The notes under the pieces are model-generated. The model was not told where the DNA came from. It made no database searches and worked only from the letters and a program-made list of their open reading frames with translations. From Octopus sinensis (lineage: Eukaryota): a DNA stretch of 64,000 nt. The translations under genes were made by a program, and so were the position numbers. The stretch is from assembly GCF_006345805.1 (NCBI RefSeq), contig NC_042999.1, forward strand, positions 151,900,001 through 151,964,000. Reading direction: 5' to 3'. Of this stretch, positions 24,043 to 37,944 are shown piece after piece. Position 1 is the first letter of the stretch, and each line of letters opens with the position of its first letter.

Positions 24043-24510
24043 AAAAACAAACCATACACACAGTCCATATGAATGTGGAATGTGTGTTAGTTAATGATGA
24101 ACCAAACTATTTACAGTGTCAAAGGTATTATGAAATAAAGTGATAGCTGAGGTGTACACAATTTCAATTAATACCATATGACACAATGTTGAAAGCTGAT
24201 AGCCTTCAGTGTTCACTTACTCTGGTTTCTCAAAAGAGAAATTCTGCAAAACTCTGTATATTAGAAAACAGACTTTTTCCTTTTAATCAAAATCAAGATT
24301 AAACTTAAGGGTATGTGTAATACATAGAATTAGGGTACAAATTTTCTCTTCACCCATTTTTATTAAGGAAAAGGCACAATAAAGTTTTATTTTTTAAATT
24401 GTCCTTTTTTATTACATATCAATGTATTCTATATAAAATTAAATAATGAAATATTAAAGGCTAATATATTGGAGTATAAATAGATTATCTAATAAAGATA
24501 CATGGTTTAA

Positions 24511-24730
24511 CCTTTTAGCACTTAAATGGACCAAAACTGGCCCAAATATAATACCTGTTTTATGTTTAAACTGGGCAAATCCAGCCTCTGACACCTACCC
24601 TGCAATGTGATTTTAAAATATACAATCACATCTTCAAAATTTCAAAGCTACATTATAAAACATGGTTAGTTTTTAAAATATGCAAATAAATAAGTATTAC
24701 ATTTAACAGAGTAATCTGAATGCTAATGGG
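24511..24730. mobile_element. piggyBac-like MITE, 220 bp
   Basis: TTAA|CCTTTTAGCA ... TGCTAATGGG|TTAA. Related partial copies at about 25755-25960, 34302-34400 and 44392-44605. Confidence 0.75.
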
Positions 24731-25016
24731 TTAATTGTCAGGTGGTTGGTTGGTGATCATAACTGGTGTTGGTTTGTTTATGTTCCTGCAACTTAGCAAG
24801 CAAAATGAAATCTGTAGAATGAGTGTTAGACTTAAAAAATAAGTACATGGGTTGATCTGATCAATTAAAAAACCTTCAAGGTTGTGTCCCAGCTCGGCTG
24901 TAATCCAATGACTGAAAGAAGTAAAGGAATAAAAGTTGGGGCATGTGATCTAGTAATTAGAGAGTTCAGCTTATGTTCATGATGTTGTGGAACTGGGAAG
25001 AATATTGGGTCTTTAA

Positions 25017-25237
25017 CCCTTTCGATACCAACCCAGCTGATACTGGCTCTGGCTCTGTAGTTCAAATGTCTTGTTTTCATAAGTTTTGAATTAAAATCTC
25101 CCACCAAACCTTAGTCACAATTTATGTTCCTAACAGTAGCTTAATGATAACTAAGTCATTTTACTAAATACTTTGTTATATTTAAAATTAATTGAACGAA
25201 ACACAGACATCTCAAAATAAATACGGTAACAAAAGGG
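25017..25237. mobile_element. piggyBac-like MITE, 221 bp
   Basis: TTAA|CCCTTTCGATACC ... GGTAACAAAAGGG|TTAA (TIR 11/13). Related ends at 25690, 26520-26616 and about 55597. Confidence 0.8.
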
Positions 25238-25318
25238 TTAAGGCAGGAACTTAAGCATTTTATTTCACATTGCTCCACACTACTTGGCTGAAAATGAATA
25301 CCAGCTGAATGCTAGTGC

Positions 25319-25365
<47 letters not shown>

Positions 25366-26035
25366 CTCTGTTTTTTTCTCCATCTGTTACTCTCTGGTTG
25401 TGCTACTGGGCTAAAGGCGGGGAGAGTCAAAGTGTGTCTTTATATGATCATGACTACACAGGCACCCAAAGCAGTTAGCCAAAAGCATGGATACATGTTA
25501 CCAAGCCAGACTCCCAAATGACAGTTAATTTTTAAGTAGATCATCTCTTCTGTAGCATTTGCAAAACACTGCATCTTATACATGGGATTATAGGTTTTTT
25601 TAGACAATTTAGGTCCTAAGATCACGATGGTCATATAATATACATGTGCTTTTATCCTTAAAGTACACTATTACTTTGCACTTGTTTAACCCTTTTGATA
25701 CCAACCACCTGAGGTTATCCAAGGTTCCATGATACAAACTTCCTGTTTTAACTCATTAGCATTCTGGTTACTCTGTCAAATTGCATTGTTTGAATTAATC
25801 ATGTGTTGAATTAATCGTAGCTTTGAGATTTCAGTGATGTGATTGTTTATTTTTAGAATGACATTGTAGGATAAGTGTGAGAGGCTGGATTTGGCTGGTT
25901 AGAACCTAAAATAGGTAGAATGTTTGGACTGGTCATGGCCAGTTTAAATGCTTAAATGGTAAAAGTAATCTAAATTAAAACCTTGCCTCTAAATTCCATG
26001 TAAGTTCATGTTCCAAACACCAGCTTAACAATACT

Positions 26036-26270
26036 CTTTTATTCTTTACTCTTTTACTTGTTTCAGTCATTTGACTGTGGCCATGCTGGAACACCACCTT
26101 TAGTCGAGCAAATCAACCCCAGGACTTATTCTTTGGAAGCCTAGTACTTATTCTATCGGTCTCTTTTGCTGAACCGCTAAGTTACTGGGACGTAAACACA
26201 CCACCATCGGTTGTCAAGCGATGTTGGGGGGACAAATATAGACACACAAACATATACACGCACACATATT

Positions 26271-26352
<82 letters not shown>

Positions 26353-26518
26353 TATATATGACGGGATTCTTTCAGTTTCCGTCTACTAAATCCACTCACA
26401 AGGCTTTGGTCGGCCTGAGGCTGTAGTAGAAGACACTTGCCCAAGGTGCCACGCAATGGGACTGAACCCGGAACCATGTGGTTCGTAAGCAAGCTACTTA
26501 CCATAGAGCCACTCCTAT
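26036..26518 (-). mobile_element. SINE family B, full length with expanded internal (TA)n
   Basis: Tail, body and head all match the family. Confidence 0.88.
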
Positions 26519-27559
26519 GCCTAATAAAATTATTTTTCTAAACTTTTCTTTATTTTCAAAATTAACTGAAATAAAAGCAGTATATTTCTATAGAAATGGA
26601 GTATCAAGAGGGTTAAGCAACTAAATTTGAAGGATTACGTTCGCATCGTGAGAGACTGACTGTGTGTGTTTCTTATTAAGTTGTGTTGTATGATTGTTTA
26701 AGTGCAGCCTTTGAACAAATGAGAATTAGCTTTCTTTATTTAAAGTGTAATTGGATTTGAAGGGGATACGCCAATTTCAGGTGAGACTGGAATTTAATGA
26801 GTGTTGATTTAAAGTAAGGGGTAAAAATGAAATGATAAGGAAATAGGAAAATAGTAAAATGGTTGAACTAAGTAAACAAATGTTATGAAATGGTACTGAT
26901 TAAGATGAGAAGTAAGGCTGACCTAAAAGTCATGCAAATAAGAACGAGACTAATTATAATTAATGTTTCTAGTTAGTTTGAGGATCATAATTTCATATTT
27001 TACTATTTTTAGAGCTAAGTTTTCAGTTTTGGGATTAGTAGAATAAGAATGAGTTACATAACTTTGAACAGTTCTTAAAATAAGAGATAAGATTACTGTC
27101 CATCCTAGCAGTAATTAAATGAACAACAGCTAAGTATGTGTATATGTTTGTTATATAAATATCACATACACAGCAAGCATACATACACAAACATAAATAA
27201 AGGTGCTGTTTACATGCTTCATTTCATTGACTGTTAACTTTCTGTTGACACAGATAAAATACACATGAGTCTAAAAATATGATTATAGTATATCGTGATG
27301 CACTTGTTGACTTTTGTGTCTGAATTCCATTCCCTCTCTGGTTTCTCTCATAATATTCAAATTAAATCACTATTATTACTAAACCATATTTCCTTCTTGA
27401 AATTATGTCAGTGAAATTTTTAGAATAATCCCTGTGATGTAATATGCTATAATTATTAACCAACTTCAGCAAGACACCTGTTCCTGTTCCTCTACCTTAC
27501 TTTCTTATCCCTCAATACTATACTCCACTCAGTTAAGGGGTCTTGTCTTGTGGATACTT

Positions 27560-27735
27560 GGTGACTTCATCAACACACTCTGTGAAATGGTTGGCATCAA
27601 GCAGGGCATCCAGTTGTAGAAATCATGTCAAGGCAGACACTGGATATCTTAGTGCAAGCCACCTGGCTTGTTTATCCATGTCAAACCAACCATCCCATGC
27701 CAGCTTGGAAAAAAGGATGTTAAATGATGATGATG
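27560..27735 (+). mobile_element. 5'-truncated RTE 3' tail
   Basis: GGGCATCCAGTTGTAGAAA...CCATCCCATGCCAGC...GGATGTTAAATGATGATGATG. Confidence 0.75.
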
Positions 27736-28158
27736 TTCCACTTCTTGGAAAATTATTTGCTTTGTAAACAGCTTCAAATATACCTTTCTACTGACCTTAT
27801 TTCTCTTCAGTTTTATTTTATTTTAAATTAACCCTTTATATCCATTTTCCCACATTTGCATGTGTTGTTGCACGGATTTCCTCTTGCACAGTCCATCACT
27901 GTTTTGTCATGGTCTTTTGTTATCAATGGAGTTTCATCATCTTGAAAGCAGCCCTCACCATTTCTTCTTATGCTTTTCTCGGCCACTTCCTCTTGCAAGA
28001 GTTATCTTCACTTGGGCTTTTTGGCACTTCTTTATCCATCTCTCATCCTCTACACACCAACACAGTCACAAACTCTTGCATCTTGCACATTTACAACCAC
28101 AGGCTTACATACTGGTTTTCCTCTCAGCCTAAAAATTAAAAATTTATCAGCAACACAT

Positions 28159-28192
<34 letters not shown>

Positions 28193-28755
28193 TGGTAGTA
28201 GTAGTAGTAGTAGTAGTAGTAGCAGCAGCAGCAGCACTGGTTTAAGTTCTGATGTTTTACAAAGAAGTTTTATGGCCATATTTAAAGGAAATCACTAATG
28301 ACCTAAATTAACAAAGTTATTAGAAGGAATTACAACAAAGATTATTGATTTCAATTGTTTTATAAAATTATGTGAACAATAGCATTGTTGGCTAAATGTT
28401 TCTAAATAGTTTAATCACTTGTTCATTCATTGCATTTTGGATAATGTGAGTGACAAAGGGATGTCTGTGTAACTTGGATGAAACTAATACTACAAGGTAC
28501 TTTTCTATGAAGCACCAATTTATCTGCAATTTCTCACCAATGTGTGCAGCTTCCACCAATACATGTTGTTGTTTGTTTGTTCTTGAGCCATGCCTGACTC
28601 ATTTCCCGGTCTCATTGGCATATAGGTTTCCCACCTGGATGGGATTCCAGTCTGTCACAGGTGAGCTGCTAGATGCAGGAGGAAAGAGTGAGAGAAAGTT
28701 GTGGCAAAAGAGTCAGCAAAAGTTCACCTTAACCTTCTGCCGGAGCCACATGGAG

Positions 28756-29005
28756 CTTAGGTGGTTTGGTCATGTGATGCATATAGATGAGGAGAGTTTG
28801 TCCCACCCCTACCAGCATGGAAGGCAGACATTAAACGATGATGATTATGGCAGATGCATAAAGAAGTGCCGATTGCTGGAACTTCTGGAAGAGGGAAACC
28901 CAAGCATTCATGGGATGAAGTACTGAAGGCTGATCTCAAGACATGGAACCATAAGAAAGAGATGACAACGGACCCAGATGATTGGTGTTTTGCTGTGTTT
29001 GAGAA
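28756..29005 (+). mobile_element. Old RTE-clade ORF C-terminal fragment of a different subfamily, interrupted by a short RTE tail (about 28801-28847)
   Basis: LRWFGHVMHIDEE ... GTSGRGKPKHSWDEVLKADLKTWNHKKEMTTDPDDW. Confidence 0.8.
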
Positions 29006-29542
29006 AACCCATTCCCTTACAGCAAAAAACATTGTAATTAACTCCTCTCTATCTGACACGTTAAGCATTTCACCTCACCCAATTCTCATCCCCTAACACC
29101 TGTGTGTGTGTGTGGTCTAAGGTACTACTCAGCTGCTGTAATCATCTGTGAGGAGAATCAACACATATTATTACATCCCCCTCCCTTCTGGTCGCCTACC
29201 TACACCCCTGCTCCCTGGAACCACTTCTATTCCTCATTATCATCTCTGCCCACTCTATTTCTTCTAATCACCTCCTTTACTATGCCCTCGGGGGGGGGGG
29301 GCACCATCCTCTCCCCTCCATTATACTCCATTCTTGATACTTCCCTTATCTGCTTTCTTTCTCAAAGCCCTGTCACATCTATCATCATTCCCCACTTACT
29401 ATAGCCCCTTATAAACCGGTGTATCTCTCTCTCCACTGCTCCTACACCTTGCTGCTCAACAGCTCCTCTCAAACTGTTCAACCCATGCCAGTATGCGAAA
29501 CAGACATTAAAGGATGATTATGTGTCTGTATGTTTGTATGTA

Positions 29543-29997
29543 TTCTTTTATTCTTTTACTTGTTTTAGTCATATGACTGTGGCCATGCTGAAGCACTGCC
29601 TTTAGTAAGCCCAGTACTTATTTTATCGGTCTTTTTTGCCAAACTAAGTTACGGGTATGTAAACACACCAACATCAGTTGTCAAGCAATGGTGGTGGGAC
29701 AAACACACACACACATATACAATGAGCTTCTTTCAGTTTCCGTCTATTCTATCAGTCTTTTACCGAACCACTAAGTCACAGAGACAGAAACACACCATCA
29801 TCGATTGTCAAGCGATGGTGGGACGACAAGCACATACACTACGATGAGCTTCTTTCAGTTTCTATCTACCAAATCCACTCAGAAGGCTCTGCTTGGCCTG
29901 AGGCTATAGCAGAAGACACTTGCCCAAGGTGCCACCAGTGAGACTGAACCCAGAACCATTGGTCAGGAAGCAAGCTTCTTACCACACAGCCACTCTA
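29543..29997 (-). mobile_element. SINE family B with an internal duplication
   Basis: The segment TTGTCAAGC.ATGGTGG..GAC..ACAC..ATGAGCTTCTTTCAGTTTC occurs twice (about 29678 and 29806). Confidence 0.8.
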
Positions 29998-30499
29998 GTA
30001 TGTATACATATCTATCCATGTGTGGGTGTCTCTGTGTGCATACATATACACCCACATCCTTTCCTCATACTCAGATAGCAGTGACACTTAATACATTAGC
30101 AGCTTCTTCACACACACTATGGTAAAAGACCATTTTTTTTTTAATTAGCTTAATCAGCTTATAATAAATAAATCAACAAACAACTAAACAAATAAATAAA
30201 TTTATCATTACTTTCTGGCTGAAACATTTTCTCACAGTCTCTCAAAAGTAGTTTTGATATTCCTTAATTCTTCAGACATCTGCATTTCAGGAAATCCCCG
30301 AAGGAAATGAAATAAATATGTTTATCTTTACTGGACAAAGATCTCATGTCAATGCTAAAAGTTACTTCCATCCATATGGGGGCCAGCTCTAGCTCATTGC
30401 TTCCCTACTTCTTCCCTTATATCCTATCATTATACCTATATACTGTCATATAAACTTTTCACCTCTTCATATTTTCTCATTAATTTTTTTTTTTTTTTT

Positions 30500-30875
30500 T
30501 TTGATAGGCACTGCTGAGGCTGTGTGATGGTTCTGGGTTCAATCCCATTATTTGGCACTTTGAGTAAGTGTCTTCTTCTACAGCCTCAGGCCAACCAAAA
30601 CCTTATGAGCAAATTTGGTTGACGGAAACTGAAAAAAGTCTGTTGTGTGTGTGTATGTGTGCACATGCACGTGCATGTGTGTTTGTCCCCCACAACTGGT
30701 GTTGGTGTGTTTACATCCCCGTAACTTGGTAATTTAGCAAAAGACACTAATGAAATAAGTATCAGGCTTAAACCAAAGTATTGGGGTTGATTCATGCAAC
30801 TAAAGTTTTTTCAAGGTGGTGCTCCAGCATGGCCACAGTCTAATGACTGAAACAAGTAAAAGATATAAGATAAAG
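30500..30875 (+). mobile_element. SINE family B
   Basis: GGCTGTGTG..GGTTCAATCCC ... GGTGCTCCAGCATGGCCACAGTC ... GAAACAAGTAAAAGAT. Confidence 0.8.
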
Positions 30876-30924
30876 ATAATCAATAGAAAATTATTATTTC
30901 TAAATCTCTGAACAGTTCTCTAAG

Positions 30925-31176
30925 GTAAAGATTATTTGCCAACATAATGTGGCAATCTTGGTTAGGACAAGTGTTATTGTTATCTAGCCCCAGGAAACTA
31001 TTGGTATGCAGATATTGCTCTCAGCTGAGTGGGGACACTAAACTTCCTTGTTTGAAAATATAAGGATGCAGATAGTGTGTTGTATAGCCAGCTGGAGACG
31101 ATGTTTCCTGGGGCTAAATAACAGTAACAATCGCCCTAACCAGGACTGCCACACTATGTTGGGAAGTAATCTTTAC
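30925..31176. mobile_element. MITE / foldback element, 252 bp with ~74-bp imperfect TIRs
   Basis: GTAAAGATTATTTGCCAACATAATGTGGCA...CCCCAGGAAAC (30925-30998) is the inverse of GTTTCCTGGGGC...TATGTTGGGAAGTAATCTTTAC (31103-31176). Confidence 0.85.
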
Positions 31177-31221
31177 TCAAAAACATAATCATTATCCTTG
31201 TTATTTTCTGTTTTCTTTTTA

Positions 31222-31397
31222 GGCATGACTGTGTGGCTCAGAAGCTCATTTTTGGTTCAGTCTCACTGCATAGCACATTGGGCGTCTTCTTCTATAGCCC
31301 TAGGCCAACTAATGCTTTGTGTGTTAATTTGGTAGACAGAAAATATGCTAAAGCACATCATGTGTGTGTGTGTGTGTGAGTGTGTGTGAGTGTGTGT

Positions 31398-31450
<53 letters not shown>

Positions 31451-31690
31451 CATGAGTGTGTGCGAACATGTGTGCATGTTAGTCCTCGCCACCATCTGAT
31501 AATTGGCATTGGTTTGTTTATATCCCGGTAGCTTAGTGGTTCAGTAAAAGAGACTGATAGAATACGTACCAGACTTTTTTAAAAAGAAGTACTGCAGAGG
31601 TTTAGTTTGTTCAACCAAACGCTTCAAACTAGTGCCCCAGCATGGCCACAGTTAAATGACTGCAACAAGTAAATGACAAAGGTAAAAGAT
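31222..31690 (+). mobile_element. SINE family B (degenerate) with internal (TG)n
   Basis: Head GGCATGACTGTGTGG, GGTTCAGTCTCACTGCA; tail CCCAGCATGGCCACAG...CAAGTAAATGA. Confidence 0.75.
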
Positions 31691-31856
31691 AGTCAGTTAT
31701 ATTCTCTTCCATCATGTCTTTCTGAAGTCATTTACTGAAGTTACTTTATCTCTACCTATCTTCAATCAGCTTGTCAAGTTTCTTTTTTTTCCCTTGCTTC
31801 TCTACCAGTTACCCTCAGTCTTACACATCTCACCCTTCTTGTATTCTCTCTCTCTG

Positions 31857-31916
<60 letters not shown>

Positions 31917-32297
31917 TTCCACCATGATGTTCTTGAATAACATTTAAAGGTTACCTAGACACAGAGAGAAAAAAGAACGAAAAAACCAAGAATATTTCAT
32001 TTATCTTTTTAATGTTCCCTTGTGTGTCATTTATAATAATTTTCAAATGGTTCCTCAATAAATATGTCAAAGAAACATTCTGCCATTGTGAAATTAAAAG
32101 AATCCGAGAATCTTTTTCTTCCTTGTTTCCATATTCTATATCTAAGACAATATACTGTGTTTGACTTATATGTACTTTCAGGCCATAAGTTCAATGATTT
32201 ATATAGTAATTCATACTAATGCAATTGTGAATATATTGCCATCGGTAATGAAATAAATTATTACAATATTTAGTCATGTACACTTTTGTAAACCCAT

Positions 32298-32329
<32 letters not shown>

Positions 32330-33673
32330 TACTATCATCACCATCATCATCATCATTCAACATCAGGCTTCCATACTGGTCTGGGATGGATGATTTGACA
32401 GGGTTTGATAAATTGGAAAACAGCATTATGCACCAATGTCTGTGGCGGGATGTCCTTCCTATTGTCAATCACTTTACAGTGTGTTTTGTTTTTTGTTTGT
32501 CTGTTTGTTTCCATGGTACCTTGTAACTTGCAAGGTTAAGGCTCTAAAGTGGCCCTTGTAACTGAGGGGGAACAGAAGAGAAATTGGGTGCTGATTCTAA
32601 AGAGAGAGATGAGAGCCTGTGAATAAGAGGTGAGAATGGGGGAGTATAACAGGAAAATTGGGAGAAGGAAATAATCAGTGACATGGTTGAAAGATAGGAA
32701 AGGATAGAGTTGAAAAGTGGGGGGTTATCCAACATTATAAGGAGTATATACTGAAGGTGTGAAGGAAAGGGCACCGGAAAGGGTGTATTAGACTAAGATG
32801 CAGAGGAATCCTGTGAGAGTCATTGAAAGAAAGGGAGTGTGGGAGTCAGGATGTGTGAAATGAGGAGTGTTGTTGGGGAAGCAGAGCAACTGTTGGGTTG
32901 GGGCAGTGAGTGAAAAGGAGGAAGTGGAGCAAGAAGTAGACACTGGAAGATATATATTTGCACAAGTTAAGAGAGCCTTTATTTGATCATTCAACCTGCT
33001 AGAAATAACAAGCAAATTTCCCTCAAATCATACTTTCTTAAAGAAAAAAAAAGGTCATATTGAATAATGTAGTTTGAGGTGTCAATTCCTGAAAAAAATA
33101 TGAGATATTCATGACACGAATACCTTTGATTAAAGGTCTGCTCAATTAGGACTAATTTGAAGCTAAACAACAACAACAAAACTTTTTGAATCGTGATACA
33201 CTGAGAATATTGCGAAGTGGTACTTATTAAGCATAGTCGAAGCTAGACAGAAGTGTGGTTCTAAGTTTGTCAAAATTATTGAAATTAATTCCAGTGAACT
33301 TTGAAAGTTGAAAGGAAGACCTAGATAAGTTCTGCTAATAGGCTATAGGAAGATTCTTCCAGTGATGTGTTCAAAGAGAAAATCCTGGTATGTAAAGTAC
33401 CCTCACTACATACATTACTGACAGTACAAAATAACAAGAGCAAGCAGCTTTTGTTCAGAGGATAAAAAAAGAAAAGAAAAGGAAAGAAAGAAAGAACTGC
33501 TGTCCTGACCCATCAAGACCAATTACTATCAGAAAATTATACAGAAAATGAGAAAACAATAGTTTTAACATCAACAGAATGCAATATGAAGACAATGAAA
33601 GCTAACACAACAATGGAGGTCTTATCTATCAACATTGAAACATGGCTGTGTCAACACAAGTACCCATGTCTTC

Positions 33674-33720
<47 letters not shown>

Positions 33721-33724
<4 letters not shown>

Positions 33725-34161
33725 CACACACACAGAGCATGTGTGTTGGATTATTTACACTGTTGTGTATCTCCTTGTGTGTGTGTGTGCCTGTGTATAT
33801 ATGTTTAAAAATATTTTTGCCACAGTGTAACACTTTAAGAAGCATAAGATAAATCTAAAATAAACTAGAAATGGCGCCACCATAGGTGCGTTTCTTGTGG
33901 TGCCAGCACAACACACATGCACACACACACAACACACACACACACCACACACACACACACATACCACACACACAGAGCATGTGTGTTGGATTATTTACAC
34001 TGTTGTGTATCTCCTTGTGTGTGTGTGTGTGCCTGTGTATATATGTTTAAAAATATTTTTGCCACAGTGTAACACTTTAAGAAGCATAAGATAAATCTAA
34101 AATAAACTAGAAATGGCGCCACCATAGGTGCGTTTCTTGTGGTGCCAGCACAACACACATG

Positions 34162-34190
<29 letters not shown>
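33721..34190. repeat. Near-perfect tandem duplication, period ~240 bp, bounded by (CA)n
   Basis: ATACCACACACACAGAGCATGTGTGTTGG...GTGGTGCCAGCACAACACAC starts at 33721 and again at 33961. Confidence 0.95.
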
Positions 34191-34193
<3 letters not shown>

Positions 34194-34614
34194 TATGTTT
34201 ATATGCATTTATATATAAAATATCAGTGAAGGCACATGGCTCAGTGGTTAGAGCATTGAGCTTATGATTGTGAGGTTGTGGGTTTGATTCCCAGACCAGC
34301 TTAACCCTTTAGCATTCAGATTACTTTGTATTTATTTATTCACGTTGTTTTGAATAAATCATCCAGTATCTTGTGGCTTCAAGATTTCGATGATATTACC
34401 AGGATGGAAGCCCAGTGTAAGATTATGATGATGGTGATGGTGATGGTGGTGGTGGTGGCGGTGGTGGTGGTGGTTGTGGTGGTGATATGAGGTTACGAAA
34501 GTGTATATGACTAATACACTAGTGAGATTTAGTCCAAAACCACCATGTAGCTGGAAAATGAACTTCTTAACCATACATCCATGCGTATCTTCATCATCAT
34601 CATCATCATCATCG

Positions 34615-34646
<32 letters not shown>

Positions 34647-34917
34647 GTCTTCATCATCATTTAATGTCCGTTTTCCATGGGTTGGACAGTTTAAAAGGAA
34701 TTTGCAAGCCAGGGAGTTGTATCATCTGCTCCAGTCATCTGTTTTGGCATGGTTTCTGTGGCTGGATGCTCTTCCTAATGCCAGCCACTTTACAGAATAT
34801 ACTGGGTGCTTTCACATGGCACCAGCATGGGTGCATTCGTTGTGGTGCCAGCACAACACACACACTCACTCACACATATACACTAATATGTTTATAAGCA
34901 TTTATATATAAATCCCA

Positions 34918-35250
34918 GTGAAGGCACATGGCTCAATCGTTAGAGCATTGAGCTTATGATTGTGTGGTTGTGAGTTCGATTCCCAGACCAGGCTGCATGT
35001 TGTATTCTTGAGCAAGACACTTTATTTCCAGTTGCTCCAGTTCACTTGGCTGTAGAAATGAGTTGCAACATCACTGGTGCCAAGCTGTATCAGCCCCTTT
35101 ACCTTTCCCTTGGATAACACCAGTGGTGTGGAGAGAGGAGGCTGGTATGTATGAGTGATTGCTGGTCTTCCATAAGTAACCTTGCCCAGACTTGTGCCTC
35201 GGATGGTAACTTTCTAGGTGCAACCCTATGGTCGTTCATAACTGAAGGGG
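34918..35250 (+). mobile_element. tRNA-derived SINE (family A-type head); head duplicated at 34225-34300
   Basis: GAAGGCACATGGCTCA..GTTAGAGCATTGAGC ... GAGTTCGATTCCCAGACC. Confidence 0.75.
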
Positions 35251-35460
35251 GTCACCCTTTATAAAATCCCAGTTTTGTTAAAAAGAAACCCTTAGGATAG
35301 GTATTAGACTTAAAAGTACTTCGTTTCATTAAATAAAAACCTTCAAAGGCAGTGCCCCAGCATGGCCACATTCCAATAACTGGAACAAAAAGCATACAAG
35401 AATTTATATTTACTGTGTCCATTTGAGTGTGATCGTTACAAGAATTTATATTTACTGTGT

Positions 35461-35695
35461 ACCATTTGAGTGTGATCGTTACCAGCGCCGCCTTACTGGC
35501 ACTTGTGCCCGTGCTAGTAGGGTGCGAAGAGCACCATCCAAGTGTGATCGTTGCCAGAGCAGTCAACTGGCTCCGTGCCGGTTGCCAGATCAAGATTGGA
35601 GCCTAGTGCGGCCATCTGGTTTGCCAGCCCTCAGTCAAAATCATCCAACCCATGTTTGCATGGAAGGCGGACATTAAACGATGATGATGATGATG
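35461..35695 (+). mobile_element. 5'-truncated RTE 3' UTR and tail
   Basis: GATTGGAGCCTAGTGC...TCCAACCCATG..GCATGGAAGGCGGACATTAAACGATGATGATGATGATG. Confidence 0.78.
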
Positions 35696-36944
35696 TCGTT
35701 ATAAATATTAGCCAAAAATATATATAATGCTAGTTCTTCAGTTGCTTCAGTTTAGAAGAGAAATGGAATTGGTTAAAAATTAACCAGACTATTATTTACT
35801 GAGAACAACTTGTCAAGTTAAAGAAGTCGTTTATCAGTTTCAGAAAACATTCTGAGAGCATTTTAAAACTTTTCGTTTTGGAGTAGAGCATTGTTATATT
35901 GGATTAAAACAGAAATATTTTAGAAGCTGGTTCTAGTCTGTTTGTTTTTGTCTTTATTTATATATTCTGAAGCAGAATGTAATCTTTAGAAACTTAAAAA
36001 CACTCACTTACATGCATGCTGTGCAAAATAGGTTTTCCAGGAGATACATAAAACATTTTATTCAACTGATTCCTTTCATGAATTCCAGTCATTAAATATT
36101 GTTTTTATTTTTAATTCTTTTTTTTTTTTTATGTGTGTATTTAAAAAAAAATTTATGATTGCTGTTAAAGACAAAATATAAATGTTTTCCTGAGTTGTTA
36201 TTTAGTAATTTATATATATATATGTGTGTGCGTTTGTGCATACATATGTATAAGTATGTAATAAATTAATAAAGAAAACATATGCATATATGCATACATA
36301 TATGTACGTACCTACCTCTACATGTATATATACACGCATATATGGGTACAGGACACCAAAAAAAGTCGAACACAATGAGAAATGAAAACATAAATACAAA
36401 ACCAAGAAACTGGACATATAAGTATGTATATACATACACACATGTTTGCACATACATATACACTCACCCACATATATATGCACACACACACACACATACA
36501 CACACAGATATACATATGCACATAAAAACATTACATATCTCGTCCTCCTCATCATCATCATCATTAACATCATCATCATTTAAGATGCTTTCAATACTGG
36601 CAAGGGCTTGAGAGGATTCAGTGTACCATAGGGTTGCACTAAATTCCAGTGTCAGCTTAAATATATTTGTGTGTGTGTGTGTGTACCCTTGTCTAGACAT
36701 TGCATGGTGGTTATAAATGAGCATCGTTGTCATGCAAGAGAGGTTGTTTGTTTCCAGTCTTCTGTAAAAGGTATGCCCGGCCGTGGGGAAATATTACCTC
36801 ACTTGGAAACAAGCAGAGGTTGGTGAGAGGAAGGGCATCCAGCTGTAGAAAATCTGCCTCAACAAATTCTGTCTGACTCATGCAAGCATGGAAAAATAAA
36901 TATTTGATGATGATGATGGGAATGATGTGTGTGTGTATAAATGT

Positions 36945-36985
<41 letters not shown>

Positions 36986-37561
36986 ATATATATATATATA
37001 TATACACATACACACACACACACTCCCAAACGCTCATACATACATATATATACATATATATATGTACATATATATGTGTGTGCATATAAATATACAAACA
37101 CATATACACACATACACACTCTTTCATATATATACACACATACATTCACACCACACATACATATATATGTACTTACATATATGTGTGTATGTATATATAT
37201 ATATATATATATACATATACACACACACATGTACATATGTATGTATATGTGTATGTATGTACATATGAATGTATGTATGCAGCATATACTGTAGGACTAA
37301 AAATTATTTTCTTTGAAGATTTAGTAAGCGTAAAATGGCTAAATTTACCATTAGAAAATTTTACATCCTGACTCAAATGAAATATTACTTTGACTTTTAA
37401 TGTTGTATGATTTATGCAGATTTTTAGTTTTTAGTGAATATTTAATCAACAGCAAGGTCAATATTACTGCATTAGAAGGAAACATTTCCTTGCAAATTGG
37501 CACTTACTTAATTTTTTTTTTAAATACTGCGTTTTGTGACTAATAATGTCGTTAGTTACAG

Positions 37562-37601
37562 GTTTCCAATGGTCCAGTAACTGGCTTACTGTATTAAAGA
37601 G
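37562..37601 (+). CDS. Candidate 40-nt exon (weak)
   Basis: GACTAAT branch-like motif, TTACAG| acceptor (poor pyrimidine tract), GAG|GTGAGG donor. The only open frame is FQWSSNWLTVLK. Confidence 0.15.
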
Positions 37602-37738
37602 GTGAGGCTGACAAGGAATTATCTGTATAACCGCGAGGGAACAAATATCACATGGGTTTTCACTAGAGAGTATTTGCTTATCAGTTTTTCTTTGATGTTG
37701 TTTAAAATTTTTCCCATATATGTTACTGAAAGATAAGA

Positions 37739-37800
<62 letters not shown>

Positions 37801-37944
37801 GGCTGTATTCATGTTTGGGTCTACTTTATCTTTATTCCTGTTCTGTGCTTTTGAATTCCTCTGGAATAAAAAAAAAAGATCCCTTACATGACAAACAGAC
37901 AAGAGCTGGAAGTAGGAAGACCATCCAGCTATATATTTCTATAT

